A stretch of DNA of 33,696 nucleotides from a virus (taxonomy: Duplodnaviria; Caudoviricetes). The DNA is taken from positions 1 to 33,696 of the IMG/VR virus record IMGVR_UViG_3300043432_000128; one strand, given 5' to 3'. This document shows positions 8,131 to 15,258 of this stretch, one piece after another. Within the stretch, counting starts at the first letter, position 1. Every line of letters begins with the position of its first letter. The position numbers and the translations under genes were made by a program. The notes under the pieces were generated by a model. That model ran no database searches. It saw nothing but the letters and a program-made list of their open reading frames with translations, and was not told the origin of the DNA.

Positions 8131-9437
8131 ACGCTGATGCCGGCGCCGATGCAGCTCAGGCAAACCCCGCACTTGCCGTCGGCGCACGCGTCGCCCTCCT
8201 TCGGCGCCGGTGCCGCGGCGATCGCGGCCTTGCGGTCCTTCGCCAGCCCGGCGATCGCGCCGGTCAGCATCTGCGATCCGAACACGTCCCTGTCGAGCGT
8301 GTTCGCCTGGGTGAGGATGTCGTCCACCTCGGCGTCGGTCTTCGCCGCGGCGAACTTCGCCTGGTAGTCGTTCAGCACTTGCATCTTCGCCTTGCCGGTC
8401 TCGACCTCGGCCGCCGGCGCGGGTGCCGGTGCGGCCGGCGCCGCGAACTGCGCGGCGACGTCGTTCTCGGGCGGTGGCGGGGCCTGTTCTGAACCCGTCC
8501 CATTGCCCCCCGCCGATGCTCCCCCTTCCGGCGGCGGCAGATCATCGAGGTCGGCCGACGCGAGCTTCGCGGCGATCGCGGCCAGGTTCTCGTCCTTCCA
8601 CTCCATGCCGGTGATCGCGCGGACGCGGTCCTTGAAGTCCGGCATCGTCTTCGGGTTGATCTTCAGCCGGTTCAGCTCGGTGGCGATCCGCTGCTTGGCG
8701 ACGGTGTAGTCCGGCGCCGGCTCCTTGCCGAGCTTGTTCCACTCGATCAGCTCCTTGCCGGTCTCGACGCTGATCACGAACTCCGGGCGATCCATGAACA
8801 GGCCGGTGCGGTCCTTCGACGCCTTGGCGAGGTGCTTGTCGTTCGTGAGGTTGAAGTTGAGCGTCAGCTCGTACTCCGTGCCCTCGCGCTGCACCTCCTT
8901 CATGCCGAGCTTGGTCACCTTGGTCTTCTTGCCGTCGGTCTCGACCGCGTAGTCCTGCTTCGTCCGCATGGTGACGATGAAATGGCACGGCGTGTGCAGG
9001 ATCGTGTCGATGAAGCGCCGGTGCCGCGGGGTCACCTTCGCCCAATCCTGATACTTGCCGCCCAAGCTGTCGACGATCTCGAGGCAGCCGCCCTTGCCGT
9101 CCCATTCGTGCGTCGCGCTGTCGACGATGATCACCTCGTACTTGCCGGTCGCCTCGAGCGCGGCGATCGCGGAAACGTACCGCTCCGGGGTGAACGGCGC
9201 CTCCAGCTCGATCGTGTCGAACTCCGGGATCTTCACGCCGCCGATCGTGCTCCCCGCGTACAGCGCCGCGCTGCCGTTCTCGGTGTCGATCACCGCGATC
9301 TTGTCCCAATCCCCGGTCATGCCGTATGCCAGCAGCAGCGCGCTGCCGGTCTTGCCGTATCCGCTCGGGCCGCTCATGCCGATCTTCAGCGGCACCCGCG
9401 CGCGCGATGCGCGCTTGATCTGAATGACTTCGCTCAT
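8127..9437 (-). CDS. AAA-family ATPase (AAA_24/Sak4-like recombination protein)
   Basis: Walker A GPSGYGKT, IDTE, Walker B VIIVDS, KDRTG. Adjacent to the exonuclease. Pro/Ala-rich linker and C-terminal Cys cluster. Confidence 0.85.
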   Translation of the reverse strand: MSEVIQIKRASRARVPLKIGMSGPSGYGKTGSALLLAYGMTGDWDKIAVIDTENGSAALYAGSTIGGVKIPEFDTIELEAPFTPERYVSAIAALEATGKYEVIIVDSATHEWDGKGGCLEIVDSLGGKYQDWAKVTPRHRRFIDTILHTPCHFIVTMRTKQDYAVETDGKKTKVTKLGMKEVQREGTEYELTLNFNLTNDKHLAKASKDRTGLFMDRPEFVISVETGKELIEWNKLGKEPAPDYTVAKQRIATELNRLKINPKTMPDFKDRVRAITGMEWKDENLAAIAAKLASADLDDLPPPEGGASAGGNGTGSEQAPPPPENDVAAQFAAPAAPAPAPAAEVETGKAKMQVLNDYQAKFAAAKTDAEVDDILTQANTLDRDVFGSQMLTGAIAGLAKDRKAAIAAAPAPKEGDACADGKCGVCLSCIGAGISV

Positions 9438-9459
9438 GGTCGTGCGTTGTTACCCGCGC

Positions 9460-10065
9460 TCACTCGAGCACGGTGACGAATAAGGTCTGCCGGCCGAACG
9501 TCCGGGCGCGCTCGATGTCGCTCCCCATGAAGACGTCGACCGCGTAGTGGTACCGCCGGTTCATCCGATCGGCGACGATGCAGCGGATCTCGCGCTGGTA
9601 CTTCGGCCGCGACTGGATCCGCAGCCAGGTGCCGAGCGGGACGAAGTTGGCGGCGCAGATCGTTTCCCCGGCCGCGTGCCGGGCGCAAATGTCCGATCCG
9701 TCGGCCGCGATGCAGGGGGTGTCGTCGGTCTGCTCCGGGACGCTGTTGTATGCGCTCACCTCCCGGGCCACGGCGGCCGCCGGGATCCACCCGATCGTGG
9801 GGTCCTGGGGGGTCTCCCAGGCCGCGATCGCGTTTAGGCCGAAACTGGACCCCTCCCCCGACCGTTTGCCGGGGTCCTCGGCTGGCGTGGCGGGGTCTGG
9901 CTGCGACGCGACCCCCTCCGTGGCTACCTCTCCCCCTTGGTTTTCATCCTGGGGCCGTATAGCGCCCCGGGCGATGATCGCGGCGGCCAATAAAAAGGCC
10001 ACGAGGGCGGCCGCCGCGAACGCTCGCGTGATCCTCGCGGCCTGGGCATCGATGTCGTGCTGCAT
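9460..10065 (-). CDS. Membrane-anchored 3D-domain (MltA-like) protein
   Basis: N-terminal TM FAAAALVAFLLAAAIIA. C-terminal SAYNS..EQTDDTPCIAA..AANFVPLGT..VADRMN.RY...VDVFM. Start at 10065 (CACGACCATG context); 10080 is an alternative. Confidence 0.8.
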   Translation of the reverse strand: MQHDIDAQAARITRAFAAAALVAFLLAAAIIARGAIRPQDENQGGEVATEGVASQPDPATPAEDPGKRSGEGSSFGLNAIAAWETPQDPTIGWIPAAAVAREVSAYNSVPEQTDDTPCIAADGSDICARHAAGETICAANFVPLGTWLRIQSRPKYQREIRCIVADRMNRRYHYAVDVFMGSDIERARTFGRQTLFVTVLE

Positions 10066-10103
10066 GGTCGTGTCGGTCATGGGCGGATATTTCCGTCCTT
10101 GTC

Positions 10104-10152
10104 CGCATTTTGCCACGCTTTGGCGCGTTGCGCTACGTCGGGTTGTGGACAA
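10104..10152 (-). promoter_or_regulatory. Putative promoter: TTGTCCACAA box, shared GC box, extended -10 TGgCAAAAT
   Basis: Twin of 6302-6350. Sits just downstream of a terminator and upstream of the 3D/AAA/exonuclease genes. Confidence 0.55.
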
Positions 10153-10157
10153 CCCGG

Positions 10158-10195
10158 AAAAGCAAAAACCGCCCCTGGGTTTCAGGGCGCGGTTT
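10158..10195 (-). terminator. Rho-independent terminator ending the small early gene block
   Basis: Minus strand AAACCGCGCCCTG-AAAC-CCAGGGGCGGTTT followed by TTGCTTTT. Confidence 0.75.
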
Positions 10196-10652
10196 CCGGC
10201 CGGCGTCGGTACTTGGAAGATCGGCGCGCGATGCCGGGGGGCCTGATGAACTGGTACGTCGTCAGCCGGCGGCACGGCCGGCACCGGCTCGCGCGTCCGC
10301 ACCTCCCCCGCGGCTGCGGCGAAAAATGCGACAGCGGTTTCCAGGTCCAGCAATACGAGCAGCGCTTTGTGATCTCCCCGGATCCCGTTCGGCGCAGCGG
10401 CGGCTTCGCGCTCTTGCACGATCGGCACCGCGCCTGGCGTCCGCGGCGTCCCTTCGGATGCCGGGCGTATGCGTCGAGGGGTAGGTACTTCTCGCAGCCC
10501 AGGCATTGCTTCAGGATCCCGGCGGCCGTGATGCGGATCGGCCGGATGCGCCGGCACTCCTTGCAGATCCCGCGGACGCCGGTCTTGTTGTTCGTCGCCG
10601 GCGAGAATTCGGTCAGGGGCTTTTCGTGCCGGCACCTGATGCAGCGCTTCAT
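10182..10652 (-). CDS. Protein with three tandem C4 zinc-finger repeats
   Basis: Start re-called at 10652. K.CxxC..(K)PL..(F/Y)........G....CxxC occurs three times. Confidence 0.75.
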   Translation of the reverse strand: MKRCIRCRHEKPLTEFSPATNNKTGVRGICKECRRIRPIRITAAGILKQCLGCEKYLPLDAYARHPKGRRGRQARCRSCKSAKPPLRRTGSGEITKRCSYCWTWKPLSHFSPQPRGRCGRASRCRPCRRLTTYQFIRPPGIARRSSKYRRRPETAP

Positions 10653-10849
10653 GCGTCCGGCGGTAGCGATCCGTCGCCGGTCGCGTATGGGCACCCGATC
10701 TTGTGCCGCCAATACGCCCGGGATCCGCAGCAGTCGTGGCGCCACGCCTTGGCGTTCCACTTCGGATCCGATCGGTGCCCGAGCAGCCCCCGCTCCTTCA
10801 CCTTCTCGTATTCGCGCTGCATCCTGGTCTTGTCGACGATCATAGGCAT
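10649..10849 (-). CDS. Small hypothetical protein
   Basis: 66 aa, overlaps both neighbours. HDCCGS...RHKIGC. Confidence 0.55.
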   Translation of the reverse strand: MPMIVDKTRMQREYEKVKERGLLGHRSDPKWNAKAWRHDCCGSRAYWRHKIGCPYATGDGSLPPDA

Positions 10850-11526
10850 TGGATCCCGCGGCGCTCGAGGTGCGCCTTCAGCCGGGGGTTGATGACCGAC
10901 GCGAACACGAGCGGCTTCTCGAGGATCCGCGTCAGCGCGTCGATGAATTCGTCGAAGCGTCCGCTACCTGGTGCGATGCTCTCGATGTTCGGGCAGACCC
11001 ACTTGTCGCCCTCGTCGTAAAGGTCGGCGCTGAACCCCTTCCCTCGAGCGACGGTGAACGGGACGTCGGCGATGCCGTGCCGGCCGCGGATCCGCTGCAT
11101 CCGATCGCCGCGGTTGTACGCCTCGAGCGTCACGGCCTCGAGCTGCACGGCCGGGTGATGCTCCCCCGCGTCCTCGCGCTTCGTTTCCTCATGGATGTGC
11201 GCGTAGAACTTCTGCGTGGTCTGCGGCGCGTCCTGGAACGCGGCCATCATCTGATCCTTCCAGCGGTCGGTGTTGATCGCCTCGCGGAGCTGGTCGAACG
11301 CGTAGTACCACGCCATCGGGTTTCCCCAATTGAAGATCCCGTGCGTGCCCAGGAGCGTGCCGCGCTTGTCGAGCTGAAGGCCGCGGACGACGATCAAGAC
11401 GCCGCCCTCGCTCACGCAGTCCTCGAGCACCTCCCCGGTGATCGTGTTCGTGATCGTGACGCGGTGCGGCGTCGGTCCTTTGTGCGCGGTCACCTTGTTG
11501 TGCTTTTCGACGGTGTCTTGCGGCAT
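10840..11526 (-). CDS. Hypothetical protein, C-terminal region possibly GNAT-like
   Basis: Start re-called at 11526 (MPQDTVEK, preceded by TAACCCCCAAGACC). C-terminal IESIAPGSGRF...VINPRLKAHLERRG. Confidence 0.65.
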   Translation of the reverse strand: MPQDTVEKHNKVTAHKGPTPHRVTITNTITGEVLEDCVSEGGVLIVVRGLQLDKRGTLLGTHGIFNWGNPMAWYYAFDQLREAINTDRWKDQMMAAFQDAPQTTQKFYAHIHEETKREDAGEHHPAVQLEAVTLEAYNRGDRMQRIRGRHGIADVPFTVARGKGFSADLYDEGDKWVCPNIESIAPGSGRFDEFIDALTRILEKPLVFASVINPRLKAHLERRGIQCL

Positions 11527-11537
11527 GGTCTTGGGGG

Positions 11538-11843
11538 TTACGCCGTCTTGTACCCTTCGCCGTTCTCGTTCCTCTGCCACGCGTATGCCGGGCAGCCGCA
11601 CTCGCGGCAATGATGATCCGCGCCGCGCTGGTCGTTCTCGATGAACTCATGCATGGTCTTGACCATGCCGGCGCGCTCGGCCGAGCTGATGTAAAAAATG
11701 GCGCCCTTCCGATCGGTGCGTCCGTTGTCGGTCAGCAGCAGCGTGAAAAAGAAGCCGGTCCCCTCGAGGGCCTGGCCGATCTTCCCGCCGATCTCGTTCA
11801 GCTTCTCCTTCGCGGTCGCGTCCTCGACGTGGTACTTCTCCAT
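11538..11843 (-). CDS. Hypothetical protein
   Basis: Start re-called at 11843 (MEKYHVED). GFFFTLLL....IFYISSAER..M...M.EFI and C-terminal CRECGC. Confidence 0.7.
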   Translation of the reverse strand: MEKYHVEDATAKEKLNEIGGKIGQALEGTGFFFTLLLTDNGRTDRKGAIFYISSAERAGMVKTMHEFIENDQRGADHHCRECGCPAYAWQRNENGEGYKTA

Positions 11844-11863
11844 AAAAAATGGGGTTAGGGTTT

Positions 11864-12106
11864 TTACTTGATGCGGATCTCTCCGGCGATGATCGCGCGG
11901 CGCAGCGCCCGGGCGGCCGTGGCGATCGTGCTCGCGGCGGCGTGCGGCTTCCGGCCGAGCGCCGCGGTGAGCTGGGCGTCGCCGATCTCCCCGGCGAGCC
12001 ACGCACGGGCGACGTCGCGCAGCTGCTGTTCGGGCAGGGCGGTGCGCTTGCCCTTGATGATCGCGCCGCCGGCGGCGTGCGCTTTGTCCAGGAGGGTTTT
12101 TCTCAT
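11864..12106 (-). CDS. Small hypothetical protein
   Basis: Start re-called at 12106 (MRKTLLDKA). Helical and Ala-rich. Confidence 0.65.
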   Translation of the reverse strand: MRKTLLDKAHAAGGAIIKGKRTALPEQQLRDVARAWLAGEIGDAQLTAALGRKPHAAASTIATAARALRRAIIAGEIRIK

Positions 12107-12120
12107 ATTGGCGCGTAACG

Positions 12121-12393
12121 TCAAGCGCGGCGCTTTAGGTGCGCCGCCGCTTCCTCGGCCATCTCCCTGAACGGGATCCTGCCGGCGACCGCCTTCGCGG
12201 TCTCCATGTCGAACTTCGGCGCCGCGATCGCGGTCGCCTTCACGCTCAAGCTGCGGAGGTGCGACTTGGCGTGCGGCTTTGCCAGCCGGGCGCCCTTCGC
12301 CACGGCCGCCTCGATCGTGGACGCCTGGACGATCGGGTTCGGGATCACGACGGTCCCCCGATCGGTGAACGCGTCGATGCGCCAGGTCCTCAT
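12121..12393 (-). CDS. Small hypothetical protein
   Basis: 90 aa, ATGA overlap. Confidence 0.65.
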   Translation of the reverse strand: MRTWRIDAFTDRGTVVIPNPIVQASTIEAAVAKGARLAKPHAKSHLRSLSVKATAIAAPKFDMETAKAVAGRIPFREMAEEAAAHLKRRA

Positions 12394-12644
12394 ACGCCCT
12401 GGCGGTCAAGGGCGGCCGGCACCGGCTCGGCGACGTCGGCGCGTTCGAACGCGTCGAGGTTCGCCGCGTCGGCGCTGTCGATGCCGCCGATGATCGTGCG
12501 GACCTTGCCGGCGATCGCTCCGAAGTTGTCGGCGATGTTCTCCAGCTGCTCGGTCAGGATCTCCGCTTGGCCGTGGTCAATGCGGACGCTGGTCCGCGTC
12601 TTGCCGTTGGCCGACTCGATCGTGATCGTAATGCGGTCTTGCAT
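12390..12644 (-). CDS. Small hypothetical protein
   Basis: 84 aa, start context CACGACACCACCATG. Confidence 0.65.
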   Translation of the reverse strand: MQDRITITIESANGKTRTSVRIDHGQAEILTEQLENIADNFGAIAGKVRTIIGGIDSADAANLDAFERADVAEPVPAALDRQGV

Positions 12645-12665
12645 GGTGGTGTCGTGTTCGGTGGA

Positions 12666-12869
12666 TTAGGAAAGCTTGCGGCCGACCTCGCGCCAAATGT
12701 CGGTGCCGAGCATCGTATGATCGGCGCCGGCGTCCTTCGCGGCGCGGTTCGCCTGGCGGCGTGCCGCGGCGGCGATGATCTCGGCCTGGTGGTCGATGAA
12801 CTCGGCGCGCTCGTCGGCGCTCTGATCGTCGAAATGGATCCGGCACGTCTTGCAGTTTTTGTCGTGCAT
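12666..12869 (-). CDS. Small hypothetical protein
   Basis: Start re-called at 12869 (MHDKNCKTC), context TAACCCCGACCACCATG. Confidence 0.6.
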   Translation of the reverse strand: MHDKNCKTCRIHFDDQSADERAEFIDHQAEIIAAAARRQANRAAKDAGADHTMLGTDIWREVGRKLS

Positions 12870-12880
12870 GGTGGTCGGGG

Positions 12881-13150
12881 TTAGGCGCTGGCGGCGATGC
12901 CGTCGGCGCACGTTTCACAGCTCGCGTTGCCGTGGATGTCGCGCGTGGTCGCGCGCTCCCCGCAGCCGCACTTCGGGGCGAGCGGGTTCTCCTTGCTGAT
13001 GCCGGCGGCGAACTTCAGGATCTCCGCGGCGCGTTCGAACGCGCGCGCCTTGGCGAGCCACTCGCCGGCGATCGCGCGATCCTTCTCGACCTTGGCGCCG
13101 GCGCGGATGCGCTGGGCCTCGGCCTGGACGTGCTCGATGACGTTCTGCAT
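12881..13150 (-). CDS. First gene of the early operon; small protein with C-terminal Zn ribbon
   Basis: 89 aa, KCGCG...CETC, CACGACCATG start. Confidence 0.7.
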   Translation of the reverse strand: MQNVIEHVQAEAQRIRAGAKVEKDRAIAGEWLAKARAFERAAEILKFAAGISKENPLAPKCGCGERATTRDIHGNASCETCADGIAASA

Positions 13151-13371
13151 GGTCGTGCTGGTTATGGATCAAAGGGTAGGGGATCCAACCCGGCCGGATC
13201 CTGCCGGTGCCGGGGTTACCCCCGGCGTTTCGTTCCCCTCCCCTTTGATCCCCAGGCCGCCGCCGATCTTCCTCGGTGCCCTGCGGCTGTTGTTTGGCAG
13301 CGCTTTCCGCTGCGCCCTGCCTGGGCTTGTCTGCCTTATTCTCCTGTAAGGTGCTCCCCTTCCCTTCCTTA
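13151..13371 (-). ncRNA. Structured ~220-nt 5' leader of the early operon
   Basis: Nested stems: 13166-13183 with 13234-13251 (18 bp, one mismatch), CCCAGGC/GCCTGGG, GCCGGGG-GTAA-CCCCGGC, GCAGCG-GAAAG-CGCTGC and GTAAGG/CCTTAC. Confidence 0.55.
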
Positions 13372-13376
13372 CTTAT

Positions 13377-13405
13377 ACAGTACCATATAATCGGTCTTTT
13401 GTCAA
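13377..13405 (-). promoter_or_regulatory. Sigma70-type early promoter
   Basis: TTGACA (13405-13400), 17 nt, TGg-TACTGT (13382-13377), in a locally AT-rich patch. Confidence 0.8.
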
Positions 13406-13452
13406 GGGTGCCGTCCGGCCCCTCCCCTGCCTGGACGCGCCTTGCGCCGACG

Positions 13453-13461
13453 TGGTATCCT
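13453..13461 (+). promoter_or_regulatory. Putative divergent extended -10 promoter (TGgTATCCT)
   Basis: Back-to-back with the early promoter. Predicted +1 near A13468, pointing to the bidirectional terminator at 13575-13607. Confidence 0.4.
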
Positions 13462-13574
13462 GCGGCGATGCGGGACGACAGCGCCTCCGGGCGTGCGGAT
13501 CCGGCCGATGAACCACGGCGTCAACGCTCCGGCGCGGACGTTGGTGATCCCGGCGATCGGTCCGCCACCGCGAC

Positions 13575-13607
13575 AAAAAACCGGCTCCCCTTTCGGGGGC
13601 CGGTTTT
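13575..13607. terminator. Bidirectional Rho-independent terminator
   Basis: AAAAAA-CCGGCTCCCC-TTTC-GGGGGCCGG-TTTT. Confidence 0.8.
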
Positions 13608-13668
13608 GATATACGATCGGCCGATCTCGAGCGTCGTCCGATCTCCCCCGTATTGTTCCACGGGGAAC

Positions 13669-13707
13669 AAAAAAAGACCACCCGGATCCTTTCGGACCCG
13701 GGGGTCT
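13669..13707 (-). terminator. Rho-independent terminator (end of late operon and of the sRNA)
   Basis: Minus strand AGACCCCCGGGTCC-GAAA-GGATCCGGGTGGTCT-TTTTTT. Confidence 0.85.
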
Positions 13708-13753
13708 CCCCGCCACGCACGACCATGCCGGGCGGTGGAAATGAACCCACCGC
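13669..13753 (-). ncRNA. Predicted ~85-nt antisense small RNA complementary to the CACGACCAUG start motif
   Basis: Extended -10 TGaTACGAT (13768-13760). 5' hairpin GCGGTGG/CCACCGC starts at the predicted +1. Unpaired CCGGCAUGGUCGUGCGUGG, then a terminator stem and U7. Confidence 0.65.
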
Positions 13754-13765
13754 GCTCCGATCGTA

Positions 13766-14014
13766 TCACCTCCGGCCGGCGTTGGACAGGATGTCTTGGA
13801 TCTTCACCTGCGTGCGGCTGCGGATGTAGTAGGCGACCGGGGCCAGCGTGGTGATCCCGAGGATGATCTCACGGACGCCGGCGACGATGTGGTTCCCACC
13901 TTCCACGACGGCGGCCTGTTGGTCCGGCCCGATGACGCCCAGGAGACCGGCGAGGGATGCCGCCGTTGCGATCGTGGCGATCCAGAACTCCGACGTCTTG
14001 ATGCCTGGTTTCAT
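13766..14014 (-). CDS. Holin-like membrane protein
   Basis: MKPGIKTSEFW start, two hydrophobic segments, AYYIRSR tail. Last gene of the late operon. Confidence 0.7.
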   Translation of the reverse strand: MKPGIKTSEFWIATIATAASLAGLLGVIGPDQQAAVVEGGNHIVAGVREIILGITTLAPVAYYIRSRTQVKIQDILSNAGRR

Positions 14015-14128
14015 ATTTCCATTGGATCAGCGCGGCGACCGGGAGCGCTCCGGCGGTTCCGGCGGCGACGGTCGACGCGAGAATTATTTTTGCGACCGCT
14101 CGGGCGATCGCCCGGGCGACGCGGCCGG

Positions 14129-15247
14129 TCATAGCGGCCGCTGCGGCAGCTTCGCCCAGGTGTCCTTGTCGACGTTGATCGTGCGCGCGGTGGTGATCCC
14201 CCGCATGATGCACGTCAGCGACGCCTGGCCGGCGCGGTCGGCCGCGATCGTCCGCAGCTCCCCGCCGGCGATGATGCCGAAGGATCCGTCGCCCGGGTTT
14301 TGGAACGCGAGCTTGTTGTCGTGCTGCTTGCAGAAGTCCTTCCCGAACTGGTCCGGCGGCACGATCGCGCTCGGGATGATCGTCCAGCCGTTGAACACGT
14401 AGATCCCCTTCACGAACCCGACGGCGGTCTGCTCGCCGGCTTCGAAGTAGGCCGCGGTGATCGCGCTGTATCCCTTCCAGCGTCCGCTGGTGAACGTGTA
14501 GCGGCCGCCCCAGGATCCCGGGATGAAGATCGCCTTCGTGCCGATCGGGATCCCGCACTCGGCGACGTCGGTCTTGCCGAACGCGTCGCCGTAGACCGCG
14601 TGCCCCCACTTCGGTTCGCCGGCGGCCGGGTGGCGGATGACCGGGCAGCTGCACCAGCCGTTGTTGGTCCCGGTGAACCCGAGGATCGCGCCGAGGCCGT
14701 ACTTGATCGCGGCGGCGAAGATCTCGATGTCGTCGGTGCCGCCCTCGGCCATGCGGTAGTTGTCGAAGACGTCGAGCTTCGTTCCCTCGGCCGCGATCGC
14801 GGCGGTGACGCGGCTCTTGTCGCCGACGACGCTCTCCGGGAGCGGGTTCCCGTTCGCGTCTTCGTCCGGGAGGATCTTCTTCGGCACCAGGCGGCCGGCG
14901 ACGGTCTCCTTCACGCCGTCGCGGAGCGATGCTCCCCCGCCGGGCTGGCGGATGAACGGGTACAGCGACGATGCGCTGAACGTGACGTCGTCGCCCTTGG
15001 TCTTCTTGCGGATGACGCGGCCGTATGCCGCGCACGCCTCGGCGACGCAGCTGCTGCGGCCGCCCTGGTCGCGGACCTCGACCTCGAGGCCGACGGACCT
15101 GGTGGCGCTGAAGCCGGCATCCCATTCCGCCTCGGTCACGGGCGCGACGGCGCCGGCGGCGATCAGGTCGCGGACGCGGTGATCGCGCTCGTCCTTCTCG
15201 TCCCGGATCGCGCCGGTCCCTTCCTGGATCTCTTTTTCTTCGGGCAT
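14129..15247 (-). CDS. Papain-like (C1) cysteine peptidase in the endolysin position
   Basis: Start re-called at 15247. VRDQGGRSSCVA (Gln/Cys), GHAV (His) and IPGSWG (NSWG equivalent). Confidence 0.8.
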   Translation of the reverse strand: MPEEKEIQEGTGAIRDEKDERDHRVRDLIAAGAVAPVTEAEWDAGFSATRSVGLEVEVRDQGGRSSCVAEACAAYGRVIRKKTKGDDVTFSASSLYPFIRQPGGGASLRDGVKETVAGRLVPKKILPDEDANGNPLPESVVGDKSRVTAAIAAEGTKLDVFDNYRMAEGGTDDIEIFAAAIKYGLGAILGFTGTNNGWCSCPVIRHPAAGEPKWGHAVYGDAFGKTDVAECGIPIGTKAIFIPGSWGGRYTFTSGRWKGYSAITAAYFEAGEQTAVGFVKGIYVFNGWTIIPSAIVPPDQFGKDFCKQHDNKLAFQNPGDGSFGIIAGGELRTIAADRAGQASLTCIMRGITTARTINVDKDTWAKLPQRPL

Positions 15248-15258
15248 GGTCGTGGGGG

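Noticed and set aside
13151-13765. tRNA, tmRNA or attP site in the control region
   Set aside because: No cloverleaf with T-loop and CCA was seen, and no integrase is present to support an att site.
13468-13854. Leaderless plus-strand protein starting at ATG 13468
   Set aside because: It would cross a bidirectional terminator and overlap the holin antisense, and the peptide has no protein-like features. Treated as a possible ncRNA instead.
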